From positions 434,001 to 498,000 of the forward strand of contig CBFDEM010000037.1 of the NCBI GenBank assembly GCA_965603825.1: 64,000 nucleotides of DNA, read 5' to 3'. Source of the stretch: Blepharisma stoltei ATCC 30299. Lineage: Eukaryota > Protista > Ciliophora. Below, piece after piece: positions 38,578 to 48,713 of this stretch. Position 1 is the stretch's first letter; the number at the start of each line of letters is the position of its first letter. Below the pieces are notes generated by a model, which was not told the origin of the DNA, did not search any database, and worked only from the letters and a program-made list of their open reading frames with translations. The translations under genes and the position numbers were made by a program.

Positions 38578-40737
38578 ATGGAAGAAAAGAAGTTATTTGA
38601 GTTACGGTTAGAGCTAAAAGATGTAACCGGAGTGCCAAATGTAAAGCTAGTGCTTAAAATAGAAATAGGAGATGTCAAAGAACAAATAGAAGGAAAAGGC
38701 GTCATAACTGTAAAATTAGATGATATTGCCATAGATACCAAACTTTCATTGATGTTGCGTCAAGGTGATAAACTTCTTGGAAATTCAAACGTCTCTTTAG
38801 GAACATTATTTGGAAAAGGCTTGCTTGGCACAGTAGAAAAATGGTTTAGGCTTAAAAAAGATAATGAAACAACAAATTTAAAGCTCAAAATCGGAGCTGT
38901 GCTTGGACGTAACGATAAGAAGATCCAAAAAATGGTCACCCCAGTCAGTTCTCATTCGAGAAGATCAAGCAGAAATTATAAAGAAGCTAAATGCCCTTAT
39001 CTGGATAAGCTTTCCCTTAATAAAGATGCGAATAGAGAAATGCTAGATGAGATGTGGAAAATCAGAAAAATCGCTGGGGAAACCGACCAAAGTAACTATA
39101 TAAGAATCACTCTTGAGCCAGATTCCCCTGCCAAAATTGAAGCAGGGGAATCTGAGTTCCAAACCCCAAGATCAGACCAAATCACTATAGAAAAGCTTCA
39201 GTCTTGTAATGGCTCACAACTTAAACAAATAGTTAAAGCTTTATGTGAAGAAGCCCGACATTTGAGCATTATTGCGTCTCAACTTCCAGCCATGCGTGAG
39301 AATTTAACTCAAAATATCGAAAAAAGGCGAAATTTAGAAATTAGTTCACAGAGTGAAACAGAAGCGACAAAGGAGAATTGGACGGCAAAAGAACATGAGC
39401 TTCATAACTTGCAAAAAAAGAAAAATGAGCTTGTAAGGGCTTTGATTGAAAAACAAGAAAATTCAAGAAAGTTAGAAAATGAGCTGGATGGGCTCAAAGC
39501 ACAATTTGGAGACTTAAAGCGTGAAAATTTAAGATTGACCACTGATAAGCTATATAGAGAAGATGTTAGAAATGAGCTAGAAGAATTTGAAATCCAAGCT
39601 AAAGATACTGAAGACAGAAAAGCTGAATTAAAAATAAAAGTTGATCAAGCTCATAAAGAGCTGAATGAAGCCCATCAGCGAAACATTAGCCAAATTGAGC
39701 AGCTTAAAGGAGAAAAAAATAGCATTAAATCCAGACTCGACGAAGTTTCAGCTGACTACGAAAAAATTTCCAATAAAAATGCTCAATTAAAAAACCACTT
39801 AAATTCACTCAAATCTAAACTAGAAAGCTCTGAAGAGCTTGATCAAACCAACAAAAACGCTTTAACTTCTTTTCATTTAGAGTCAGCTAAGCGTGATGAA
39901 ATCCAAGAAAAGCTTTCAATTCTATTCAGCCAGCTTAAATCTCAATCAGAAGATATAAAAACAAAACAAGAAAGCTTACTTTCAGCAAAGCTCGAGCTTT
40001 CTCAGTCACTTTCTAGTATCGAATTAAGCATTGAGGAAAAAGAGCAAGAAATCATTGGCCTCAGACGGCAACTTTTCCAATCTTCTTGCAAAAAAATCAC
40101 CCTCGAGCAAATTTGCTGTGTGCGTGCTGATTTATCTCAAATGATTGAAGACTTATCAAGGCTGCATTCTTTACATTTGGAATCCCGTGATGCAGTTTTA
40201 CGTGACTTAGAAGCTGGAGCAAGCTATTTAGTTAAAGAAGGTGAAAAAATCCATGGGCAAGCTGAAAAATTAGATCAGCTGATTGATGCAGTTGATACAA
40301 AGGATGGCGAGCTTGACAGTCTTAAGGGACAAATGGGAGAAATAAAGAAAAGAAACCCACCATATGTGCCTGCTAACAACGATCCAATTGATGCCGCTTT
40401 AGCTGAATTTCTTAATGCTCGACAAGTCCCTGTCCCAATACAGTTCACGAGGCAGGAATTAGGAACTTATATGTTTGGTACGAGGAAGATTAGTATGAAA
40501 ATAGAAAATAATAGACTCATTGTAAGAATTGGAGGAGGATTCACTGGAATTGAAGAGTTTGTTGATATTTATACACCAATTGAGTTGGAAAGACAAGATG
40601 TAGTTGCACAGAAGAGTGCATTGATGACGCTAGGAAAAATAGGAGTTCAAAAATCCCAAGATTCGTCACCAAAACAAGCTAAAGTGATGATGGGAGTTTT
40701 TGAAAATTTAGCAAAATCGCCGACTAGGAAGAAATAG
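38578..40737 (+). CDS. C2-like + coiled-coil + GAS2/GAR microtubule-binding domain protein (~719 aa)
   Basis: N-terminal beta-rich C2-like region (LLGNSNVSL...KWFRL), long coiled coil, C-terminal YVP..NDPID...YMFGTRKI...LIVRIGGGF (GAR domain). Confidence 0.8.
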   Translation: MEEKKLFELRLELKDVTGVPNVKLVLKIEIGDVKEQIEGKGVITVKLDDIAIDTKLSLMLRQGDKLLGNSNVSLGTLFGKGLLGTVEKWFRLKKDNETTNLKLKIGAVLGRNDKKIQKMVTPVSSHSRRSSRNYKEAKCPYLDKLSLNKDANREMLDEMWKIRKIAGETDQSNYIRITLEPDSPAKIEAGESEFQTPRSDQITIEKLQSCNGSQLKQIVKALCEEARHLSIIASQLPAMRENLTQNIEKRRNLEISSQSETEATKENWTAKEHELHNLQKKKNELVRALIEKQENSRKLENELDGLKAQFGDLKRENLRLTTDKLYREDVRNELEEFEIQAKDTEDRKAELKIKVDQAHKELNEAHQRNISQIEQLKGEKNSIKSRLDEVSADYEKISNKNAQLKNHLNSLKSKLESSEELDQTNKNALTSFHLESAKRDEIQEKLSILFSQLKSQSEDIKTKQESLLSAKLELSQSLSSIELSIEEKEQEIIGLRRQLFQSSCKKITLEQICCVRADLSQMIEDLSRLHSLHLESRDAVLRDLEAGASYLVKEGEKIHGQAEKLDQLIDAVDTKDGELDSLKGQMGEIKKRNPPYVPANNDPIDAALAEFLNARQVPVPIQFTRQELGTYMFGTRKISMKIENNRLIVRIGGGFTGIEEFVDIYTPIELERQDVVAQKSALMTLGKIGVQKSQDSSPKQAKVMMGVFENLAKSPTRKK

Positions 40738-40975
40738 ATTTTTGATTATATTAAGTAAAAATATTTAACTAAAGCCTTTAATTACCTGGAACCATAGCTT
40801 ACTTCAAGAGCAAAAATTAATGAAATTTGACATTTTGATATATCTTATTTGCCATTTCTAAATAATTTATTTCGAAATAGTTGTATTTAAAATGAATGAC
40901 TCTTATGCATCCTGAATGATAATACTTCAAAAACTCTATAATTTTTATTAAATAATAATTACCAATAATAGTGAA

Positions 40976-42082
40976 ATGGGATTATGCGGATCCAAACAGA
41001 TTGCTCCTGAGTATACCTTGGATGTTATAAAATATAAACTATCCAGCTATATTCAGCAGAGTAAAACTGAAAAACTTGCCAAACTGTGGCAAGATCAATT
41101 AGGAACAAATAAGCTGAAACATTTCAATAATTTTCAAATTGACGACCCAATCATCAACTTTCATGGAAATCAATTGAATGCATTGGTTTACTCTATTTAC
41201 CTCTGCAGGTACGAAATTTGCAAATTTTTGATTGAAAGTTGCAAAGCTAATTTGAAGATTGCTGATGACGTCTTCAAAATGGAAGGAAAATCTATCATTG
41301 AACATTGCTGCGAAACAGGGGATTTAAAGATGGTAAAATATTTTTTGCCAATTTACTATAATAGGCCAAGCAGCTCATATCGAAAATCTCACGTTTTTAA
41401 TATTCCTACAGTTTCACTTAGAGGAAGTGATTTTGTAGAGATAACGAAAAAAGAAACCGCCATACGAAGAGCTTGTATAAAAGGTAACCTTGAAATTGTA
41501 AAATATATCAAGTATTACTTTAAAGAAAATGATCTTGAGCCTTCCTATGATTTTGATGTTCATGCAGAAGACGAAATGAGTGGTGAAAACTGTGCTTTAC
41601 TAGTCTGTAAAGAAGGGAATCTGGAAATTGCCAAGTTTTTGTACCATGAGTGCAAGGCCGATTTTTTTAAATTAAACACAAGATCAGAAAACGCTATACA
41701 GATTGCTGTGATTGGTGCTAAGAAAAGACCATTCAAAAAGCATTTAGAAGTCATAAAGTTTCTCATAGAAGAAATAGGAGTTGACGTAACGTACCAATAT
41801 GAAGAAACCCTCCTTTCTGCCTCAGATCCACGTATAATAAAATATTTAGAAGAAAAACTAAATAGCAAAGGTATAGTAAGTGCGAGAAAAGACGTCATAG
41901 AGCAGACTTGCAATTATTTAATTAAGCAAAGTCCGCACGACAATGAGATACAAGAACTTCTTGACAAGCCTGTTAAACAACTAGAGATTCTTAAAACTTT
42001 GAAAACTGATATATCAGTTAGTTCAATATCCAAGAATAGCTTTGATTCAGAGGACTTTAGTGAAGTTTCATTAAGCAATTAA
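40976..42082 (+). CDS. Ankyrin-repeat protein with N-terminal myristoylation/palmitoylation motif
   Basis: MGLCGSK start; degenerate ANK repeats (ACIKGNLEIVKY, CKEGNLEIAKFL). Confidence 0.8.
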   Translation: MGLCGSKQIAPEYTLDVIKYKLSSYIQQSKTEKLAKLWQDQLGTNKLKHFNNFQIDDPIINFHGNQLNALVYSIYLCRYEICKFLIESCKANLKIADDVFKMEGKSIIEHCCETGDLKMVKYFLPIYYNRPSSSYRKSHVFNIPTVSLRGSDFVEITKKETAIRRACIKGNLEIVKYIKYYFKENDLEPSYDFDVHAEDEMSGENCALLVCKEGNLEIAKFLYHECKADFFKLNTRSENAIQIAVIGAKKRPFKKHLEVIKFLIEEIGVDVTYQYEETLLSASDPRIIKYLEEKLNSKGIVSARKDVIEQTCNYLIKQSPHDNEIQELLDKPVKQLEILKTLKTDISVSSISKNSFDSEDFSEVSLSN

Positions 42083-42100
42083 TTTAAAATATTTTTTTCA

Positions 42101-42445
42101 TTATTTCTTAAGATCTATTTCCACAGATGATAGACATCCCTTCATTTTCAAGAATTCAGCAACGTGATCATGATTATTTATAATTGCTACGTCTAAAGCT
42201 GTCCAATCATCAGAATTCTTGGCATTTACGTCAATTCCTTGTCGACAAATCCACTCAACAGCTTCTTCATTCCCAACTGCAGCAGCATAATGCAAAATAG
42301 TATCATTAAACTCATTCAGGCCTTTACTTTGAGCAATGTAGCTTTTATTTACCGTCAAAATGCTTATCAATGCTTTTGTATCCCCAGCTTGCAGATAAAA
42401 AACAGGCGAATTTGATTTTATCGAGGCAGATATACAAACTCCCAT
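42101..42445 (-). CDS. Small ankyrin-repeat protein with N-terminal acylation motif (114 aa)
   Basis: MGVCISAS start; DTILHYAAAVGN, DVNAKN, WTALDVA. Confidence 0.85.
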   Translation of the reverse strand: MGVCISASIKSNSPVFYLQAGDTKALISILTVNKSYIAQSKGLNEFNDTILHYAAAVGNEEAVEWICRQGIDVNAKNSDDWTALDVAIINNHDHVAEFLKMKGCLSSVEIDLKK

Positions 42446-42471
42446 TATTTATTAAAATGGCTTCTAAATTA

Positions 42472-43806
42472 TTAAAGTTTTGGCCTTGCAATCTTTCTTG
42501 CATAGAATCTACGCCACTTGTTATCTGTTTTTACAAGGTAAAATGCCCCTTCTGGGATTTCATCTAAAGGATCTCTAGGTGTATAATTAGTTTTGACATA
42601 GTCACTTTCTCGTTTATCCATTCTTCTTGTATACTCATCAGGGGTTAATTTTATACGATTTTGCAAGAGGTCTCTAATAGGGTTATTAGCGCGTAGCTGG
42701 TTGATGAAGTTTTGAGCGTCTGGCCTCATATAAAGAGTGAACATAGAAGACGCAAGTCCTGAGCCATATGCGAATAACAGTACACGTTTTCCTTTTAAAT
42801 CAATCGTAGGGTCACAAATCAAGCTGATTAAAGAAGCTGGTAAAGACCCACAATAAAGATTCCCTAGCTGCTTTCCTAGAAATGTTGCTGGTTCACATTT
42901 TCGATTCCAAGCTTCTTGGGAAAGCCTATTCACAATTTCATAGACTTTTGGGTCTTTAATATTTGGGTTCTGAGTAAAGCTGAAATCAGCCTTATACACC
43001 TTGGGGTGGTTAAGCATATCAGTAAGGAACATTTTATTGAACGCTCTTCTGGTCATCTTATAAAAAGGTGCATGGAAACACAAATACTCAGCTAATTCTT
43101 CGATTTTTGTAGTGCCTGTTTTCTGCTTTAATGATTCATAACAATTATGAATTGCGTCTATATAGCAGTCAATAGAATGATGCCCGTCTACAACTGGGTA
43201 CTCACTTTGAGGGATTGGCTTGTAGAAATCATATGCGTGGACCATATATGTACTCCTTATAGGAGCCAATACAAGGGGTGCATTTGGGCCTATTAAGAAC
43301 GCCACAGCTCCAGCCCCACCAGTGGCTCTAGCTGGGCCTCTTTCATATACAGCAATATCTGCTGCGACCACAATGCCAAGTCTTCCGTCCCAAGCTCTGC
43401 TTTCAATCCATGCAACTGTATTGAAAAAGGCTTGGATACCACCGTAGCAAGCATTAATCGTAGTGATTCCTTCAATTCCTTCATTTCCTTTGAAAAGATT
43501 CATTAAAAAGGTCTTTGTTGATTTTGCTTTGTCTTGGATTGTTTCAGTACCGATTTCAAGGCGGCCTATATCCCGAGGGGAAACGTGATTTTTTTCGAGA
43601 AGATTGACGACAACTGTTGAGGAAATGGAGTTGATGTCTTCACGATCACCTATACAGCTCATTCTAAGCTGGCCTAGTCCAAGTGTATATTTTCCTTTGC
43701 CAACATTGTCGAAGGACTCGAGCTCTGACTGCTCAACATAAGTCTTAGGGAAGTAAATTTCGGCTGCGAGGATACCGATATCAGCAGGACGAGCCATGCC
43801 AGACAT
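42472..43806 (-). CDS. HMGS: Hydroxymethylglutaryl-CoA synthase
   Basis: GKYTLGLGQ, RLEIGTET (catalytic Glu), NACYGG (catalytic Cys), ARATGGAGAVA, YDFYKP, FHAPF (catalytic His), GNLYCGS, YGSGLASS. Confidence 0.97.
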   Translation of the reverse strand: MSGMARPADIGILAAEIYFPKTYVEQSELESFDNVGKGKYTLGLGQLRMSCIGDREDINSISSTVVVNLLEKNHVSPRDIGRLEIGTETIQDKAKSTKTFLMNLFKGNEGIEGITTINACYGGIQAFFNTVAWIESRAWDGRLGIVVAADIAVYERGPARATGGAGAVAFLIGPNAPLVLAPIRSTYMVHAYDFYKPIPQSEYPVVDGHHSIDCYIDAIHNCYESLKQKTGTTKIEELAEYLCFHAPFYKMTRRAFNKMFLTDMLNHPKVYKADFSFTQNPNIKDPKVYEIVNRLSQEAWNRKCEPATFLGKQLGNLYCGSLPASLISLICDPTIDLKGKRVLLFAYGSGLASSMFTLYMRPDAQNFINQLRANNPIRDLLQNRIKLTPDEYTRRMDKRESDYVKTNYTPRDPLDEIPEGAFYLVKTDNKWRRFYARKIARPKL

Positions 43807-43911
43807 TTTATAAATAATTTAATTGAAAATCATGTTATTTATAATCTTAGCATTTTATATAAATCTTTTTATGAATATTTTTGAAGCATTTAATATTAAT
43901 ATAATTCATTT

Positions 43912-46900
43912 TTAAGGTTCTCCTCGTCTTACTTTTCGATTAAATCTTGTTTGCTCATTGTACTGTTCATACTTCACCAAGTCAATTAAATACGCTTTTA
44001 CATTTAAACCCTGCACTAAAACTTTCTTTTCTCCATTGCTATAAGCTGCTTCTATTTGTCTGCTCGCTTCCTTCGTATATGGCTTCCAACCTCTTCTATT
44101 ATCATCTTGCCAATACCATATGACTTCATTTTCACTTAATTGTTTATTGACTATTTCCTCTTCACTTCCATCATTCCTCCTTACAGTTCTACTTATATTG
44201 GAATTTGGCAGGACTTGCCTATGAGGGTTGCCAAAAATGATTTTATATTTTCTTCTGTCAATATCAATTACTACATCTTTTGCTCCCCTAGCATATGCAT
44301 TTTCTATAACAGTACAGATAATATCAGAATAAGGCTCAAATTTTCCATCGTCTTTCATAAAAGTCCATTTAATATTTCTTGAAGAGGATAATTGTTCAAG
44401 TCTTTGAGAAATGCAGGCTGCTGCGAGTTCTACATTTTGAGGCAGGCCTACAATCCGAATATTGGAGCCACCATAAAATAATTCAACAGAATATTCTTGC
44501 TTAAGTCGAGTTTTTAGGGAACTCCCTGGATTGATTTTGGAAAAAGTCTCAATGGGGCAAGGAATATCTTTTGAAACAGCCTGAATTTGTTCAGAAGGAG
44601 CTTGATTTTGTGGGATGCTGGGGTTGGAGGGGATTGAAAAGCCAGGGTTGCCCATAGGAGCATTTTTTTGAGACTGAAAGCCCATTGGGTTATTATTTGC
44701 TGATTGGAAACCCATTGGATTGCTACCTGGCTGTTGGATGCTCATTGAATTGCTACTTGCTGGTTGGAAGTTCATTCGATTACTAATTGGTTGCTGGAAA
44801 CCAGGATTGCTGCTTGGTTGTTGGAAACCAGGATTGCTGCCTGATTGCTGGAAACCAGGATTGCTGCCTGATTGCTGGAAACCAGGATTGCTGCTTGGCT
44901 GTTGGAAACCAGGATTGCTAATTTTATAATTATTTGGTTGTTGAAAGCCAGGATTTCCCATAGGACCTGATGTTTGGAAACCAGGGTTGATCGCAGAGCC
45001 ATTATTTGGTGGTAGGAATCCTTGATTGCTCATTGGATTGCCACTTGGAGGCTTATTTATAAGAGGATTATTTGGTAAAAAGTGTGGGACCTGATTTGGA
45101 TTGCTTGGTGCTGGAGGCAAGAATAAAGGCGCTTGAGGCTGCTTGATTTGATTACTATTTGCAATTTCATGGCTGCTTTGTAATTGATAGGGAGAAGGTG
45201 AGCTATATGGATTGTTTGATAGCGAAGATTGTTCATATGGACTATTTTGGGCTGGCACATAGCTAGGAGGCTTTGGCAATGATGTAATTGGATTATTCAT
45301 ACCTGACTGGGTATTTTGTGCTGAGGATTGCTGATTGAGATTAATTGAAGAGGAAAATGGCGGATTGATAGAACTCATTTGAGGATTTTGACCAGAAAAT
45401 GAAGGATTTATTTTTATTGGCTGAGAATTTGGAGTGGAAAATGGCTGATTGATTTGAGAGCCAAAATTCTGAATATTTGAGGGGGAAATTACCTGAGTAG
45501 TTGAAACAGAAAAGGGCTGATTAATTGGAGGAGAAAGGGGCTGATTAGATGGAGTGGAGAAGGGCTGATTAATTGGAGGAGAAAGGGGCTGATTAGATGG
45601 AGTGGAGAAGGGCTGATTATTTTGGAAGTATGGAGGCGGGCTGCGTGGAGGCAAAAAAGCCTGACCAATCTGAGAGGATGGTGGCTGATCAATTTGAGAA
45701 GTAATAGGCTGATTGATAGGTGAGGATATTGGCTGATTGATTTGAGAGGCAAATGGTTGATTGATAGGGGATGATGTTGGCTGATTAATTTGAGATGGAA
45801 ATGGCTGATTGATAGGGGAGGATGATTGCTGATTCATTGGAGTTGGCAAGGGCTTGTTAATTGAATTTGGCTCTATAAATTTAGGCATAGATTCCCTACT
45901 TACCACAACTTGTTTTATACTTCCTTGCAATCTTGGTTTATTGTTTTCACCATTAGCTCTATTTGGTATTATATATTGCACATTATTTCCACTTGGCTGG
46001 GCATTCATAACTGAAAATTGTTGTTTAGGAACAATCTGTTGGGCTTTTGGCTGAGAAATTGAAGGATTAAGCTCAGATGATTGTCCATTCAGCACAGAAA
46101 CTGGCCCATTGCTTTCTTTCTGCTGAAAATTTGGCCTATATAATTGTTGAACGCCACCTGGCTGTAAATTTGGATTAAATACCTTCTCAGCCTTACTTTG
46201 AACAGGTATGCTTATATCTGGTTCAGGTATTGGATTAGCTGCACTAGAATCATTATATGATTCTATAAAATGCTGATTTGCTGAAATTGGCTGTGGGCTG
46301 ACCATTGGCTGAATCCCTTGCGGTGTAATTTGTTGGTTTGAAGTCCCTGGCATTGGGTTTTTAGTGAAAGGCAGAAAATTTGAAGGAATACCCTTTTCTC
46401 TCATTAATGCGCCTTGGCTCTTGATATTCATATAAGAGCTTGGATTTTGTGCAGCTGGCTGCTGATTATCAACTTCTTTTGAGCTAAAATTTCCCATTTC
46501 TTCATTTCCTAATTTCTCTCTGCTCGAGTTTGCCTGAGTTCATGGCCTAGAAGATTGTTCTTTAAAGTTGTCTTGGCTTGGCATGTTTTTATTTTCAAAT
46601 AGATTAGGTTCTAAAAGTGGGGATGCTTTTGGTATTGATAGCGGTATCTGATGTGGATTATGCAATGGGAAGGGCTTATTACCTGCTAGTCTTGAGGCCA
46701 GGTGTTTTACCTCGTCATACTCCTGAGTAAATTGTGAGCCTTGGTTGTCAGGATGATAGACTTCACGCTGTGAACTTGGTCTCAAAGATTGCATTTGATA
46801 AGATGGTAAAGCAGTTTGATAAGGGTTCGCAGTATTGGCTGGTCTGTTGTTTTGTGCCCCAATATCACTTTTTCTTTGATTTGCTGCACTTGGGATAGAG

Positions 46901-47025
46901 TATTCTGTCTCTTTATTGTATGAAGTTGGCTGACTAGCTCTTGGAAATTGAGTTGAGGGCGGATTTTGACCTGCTCTAGAAGAAGGATTCCGAAGGCTGG
47001 CTGTCTGATATGACCGATTTGCCAT
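43912..47025 (-). CDS. Q/N/P/S low-complexity protein with C-terminal KH-like and tandem WWE domains (~1037 aa)
   Basis: The 161-aa and 861-aa track ORFs join in frame via TGA at 46540. WWE1 WTFMKDDGKFEPYS...IENAY...RTVRR; WWE2 WYWQDDNRRGWKPY...IEAAY...YLIDL...QYN...RKVRR. Confidence 0.85.
44790..44925 (-). repeat. 27-bp coding tandem repeat, ~5 copies (SNPGFQQ[PS/SG])
   Basis: Repeated ttgctggaaaccaggattgct(g) unit on the + strand. Confidence 0.9.
45505..45835 (-). repeat. 24-bp (8-aa) degenerate coding repeats, INQP[F/I/L/T]Sxx, including a near-exact 48-bp duplication
   Basis: Recurrent ggctgatt(g/a)at unit; NQPFSTPSNQPLSPPI occurs twice. Confidence 0.85.
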
Positions 47026-47670
47026 TTTCTCGATTTTATGTTGATGAACTTGTATTTCAAAACTGATTGTTTTTAATTTTAGGCTATATAGATATTTGTT
47101 AACATAAAAGAAAGATATATATCTTTATATATAATAAATGTTATAATAATAAATAAGCTATCAAAGAAGTTTAAATAAATTATTAGAATCCAAAGCAATT
47201 AGAAATATTAGATTATTCTTTGAAGAAATTTGGAGGATTGTGAAGTATAAATTTAAAAATGTATTTTTGGAAAGTCGCCTGAAAATTTTGTAGATTTGAA
47301 AATAAAATGATTTAATTGAAATTTTGCCAGCTTTTTTAAGATATAGAAAAACAATAAAAAAGACAGATTAAGCTTCATGAAGTCTTAATGATCCAAATAG
47401 CGTCATCATAATGTTAAAAAACTTGATGTTCTAGAGTAATGATAAGATTTCCTCGAATAAATCTTGAATCGAGCAGATAAAATATCTACCAAAGTATTAA
47501 CAAATCGAAAATACGTTATATAAAATTCCTCAAATTCTCTAAAATATAAGTCCAAGCATAGCCTCATCAAACCTAAAAGTTTTATTCCTCATTAAGAGCT
47601 TTTAAATGGCTTGAGTGTTATTTATTATTTAATATTTTGATTAATTAATGATTCTTAAATGTAAATTATG

Positions 47671-48426
47671 TTAAAAATGCATAGAGATAATTGCAGTCGT
47701 AAGATTAATCCTAAGCGCAATACAAATCACTCCTAAAGGAATCAATCCCAAAATAGGTGCTAAATAAATTTCTGTGTTTTTAAGAAAAGGTAATGTCCCG
47801 AATCCTTGACACGTCAAATAATGATAATAGCAAAAGGACCCAATAACCAAAAAATTAGCCAAACATACACTAAAAAAGTTCTCCATCACTAAAAGAGGCA
47901 GGAAAAAATACTGTAAAACATAAACTATCAAAAAGACAGGCAAAAACGAGTTGCAATGTATATCAAAGCAATAAAGTCACTCAAGCTTCCCAGCAGCCCC
48001 TGAATATCTACTATTTTTCTCTTTCAAATGATTTTCTGCAATTCGTCTAATATTATTCCTTACAAATTTACATATGATATCACAGCCCCTAATCCCAAAA
48101 AATACACACAAACGCAATAAAAAATCGTCCTAAAAATCCCAAAAAACCCATCTCTACATAACAAAATACTTATTAAACGTCAAAGCATAACAAAACGAAG
48201 CAACAGTCAGTCCTAGCATCAGCATAACTACAAAGGCTGGGTCGTCCCTTGCCCATTGATTTTTCGCAGCTAAATATTCTTTACTTTTTCTCATAGCAGT
48301 CAGTCTGGCAAGTTTTTGAGGCGCAAAACAGATATAAAGCATTTGGCAGACTGTAGAATTGACGTCCATCTGCTTGATATTAGTAGCCCGTTTTATATAA
48401 TCCTTGACTGAGTTTTGGTATTCCAT
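47671..48426 (-). CDS. UNC50: UNC-50/Gmh1 family Golgi membrane protein (~235 aa, 3 introns)
   Basis: QMD...QMLY, KNQWARDDPAF, LE(W=TGA)LYCFDIHCNSF. Introns of 15 nt (48270-48284), 16 nt (48154-48169) and 17 nt (48047-48063) give an exact frame of 708 nt. Confidence 0.9.
48047..48063 (-). other. Probable 17-nt intron
   Basis: gtaaggaataatattag. The only GT-AG excision found that restores the UNC-50 frame. Confidence 0.6.
48154..48169 (-). other. 16-nt intron
   Basis: gtattttgttatgtag. A at -6; removal gives FNKDGFFGIFRTIF..., a hydrophobic UNC-50 segment. Confidence 0.85.
48270..48284 (-). other. 15-nt in-frame, stop-free intron
   Basis: gtaaagaatatttag. Removal converts RKSKEYLAAKNQW to the family-like RKTAKNQW. 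Confidence 0.85.
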
Positions 48427-48451
48427 TTTATGAGGTCAGACAATAATATTT

Positions 48452-48652
48452 ATGAGTGAAAAATTACAAGAAAGGACTGTAATTGATATGAAAACGAAAG
48501 TTGGCAAGGCTGGCTGCGCAGGGACTCATGCTGCTTTGGATTTGTGCTTAAAAAACAACGGAAATGACTGGCGTCAGTGCCAAAATGAACTAGTTGTGCT
48601 CGGAAAATGTATGAGACTTTCTATTAAAGCCGAAGAAAAGAAAATTAATTAA
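48452..48652 (+). CDS. COA4: Twin CX9C mitochondrial IMS protein, COA4/CMC3-like (66 aa)
   Basis: GC-x9-C...DWRQC-x9-C pattern. Confidence 0.75.
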   Translation: MSEKLQERTVIDMKTKVGKAGCAGTHAALDLCLKNNGNDWRQCQNELVVLGKCMRLSIKAEEKKIN

Positions 48653-48713
48653 AATTATGATTATGGCGCTTAAAACATATAAAATGATGTAAAATGGCGG
48701 CTATATTATTTAA

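Noticed and set aside
44790-45835. Short direct repeats resembling a CRISPR array or satellite
   Set aside because: Units are multiples of 3 (24, 27, 48 bp), have no unique spacers and encode protein repeats.
46495-46497. Myristoylated start MGNFSS for the WWE protein
   Set aside because: The frame is open upstream through a TGA to ATG 47025 with similar composition, so this Met is probably internal.
47026-47670. Possible small ORF (~50 aa, minus strand) or box C/D snoRNA (ATGATGA) in the long intergenic region
   Set aside because: No protein motif, and no properly placed box D (CTGA) or terminal stem.
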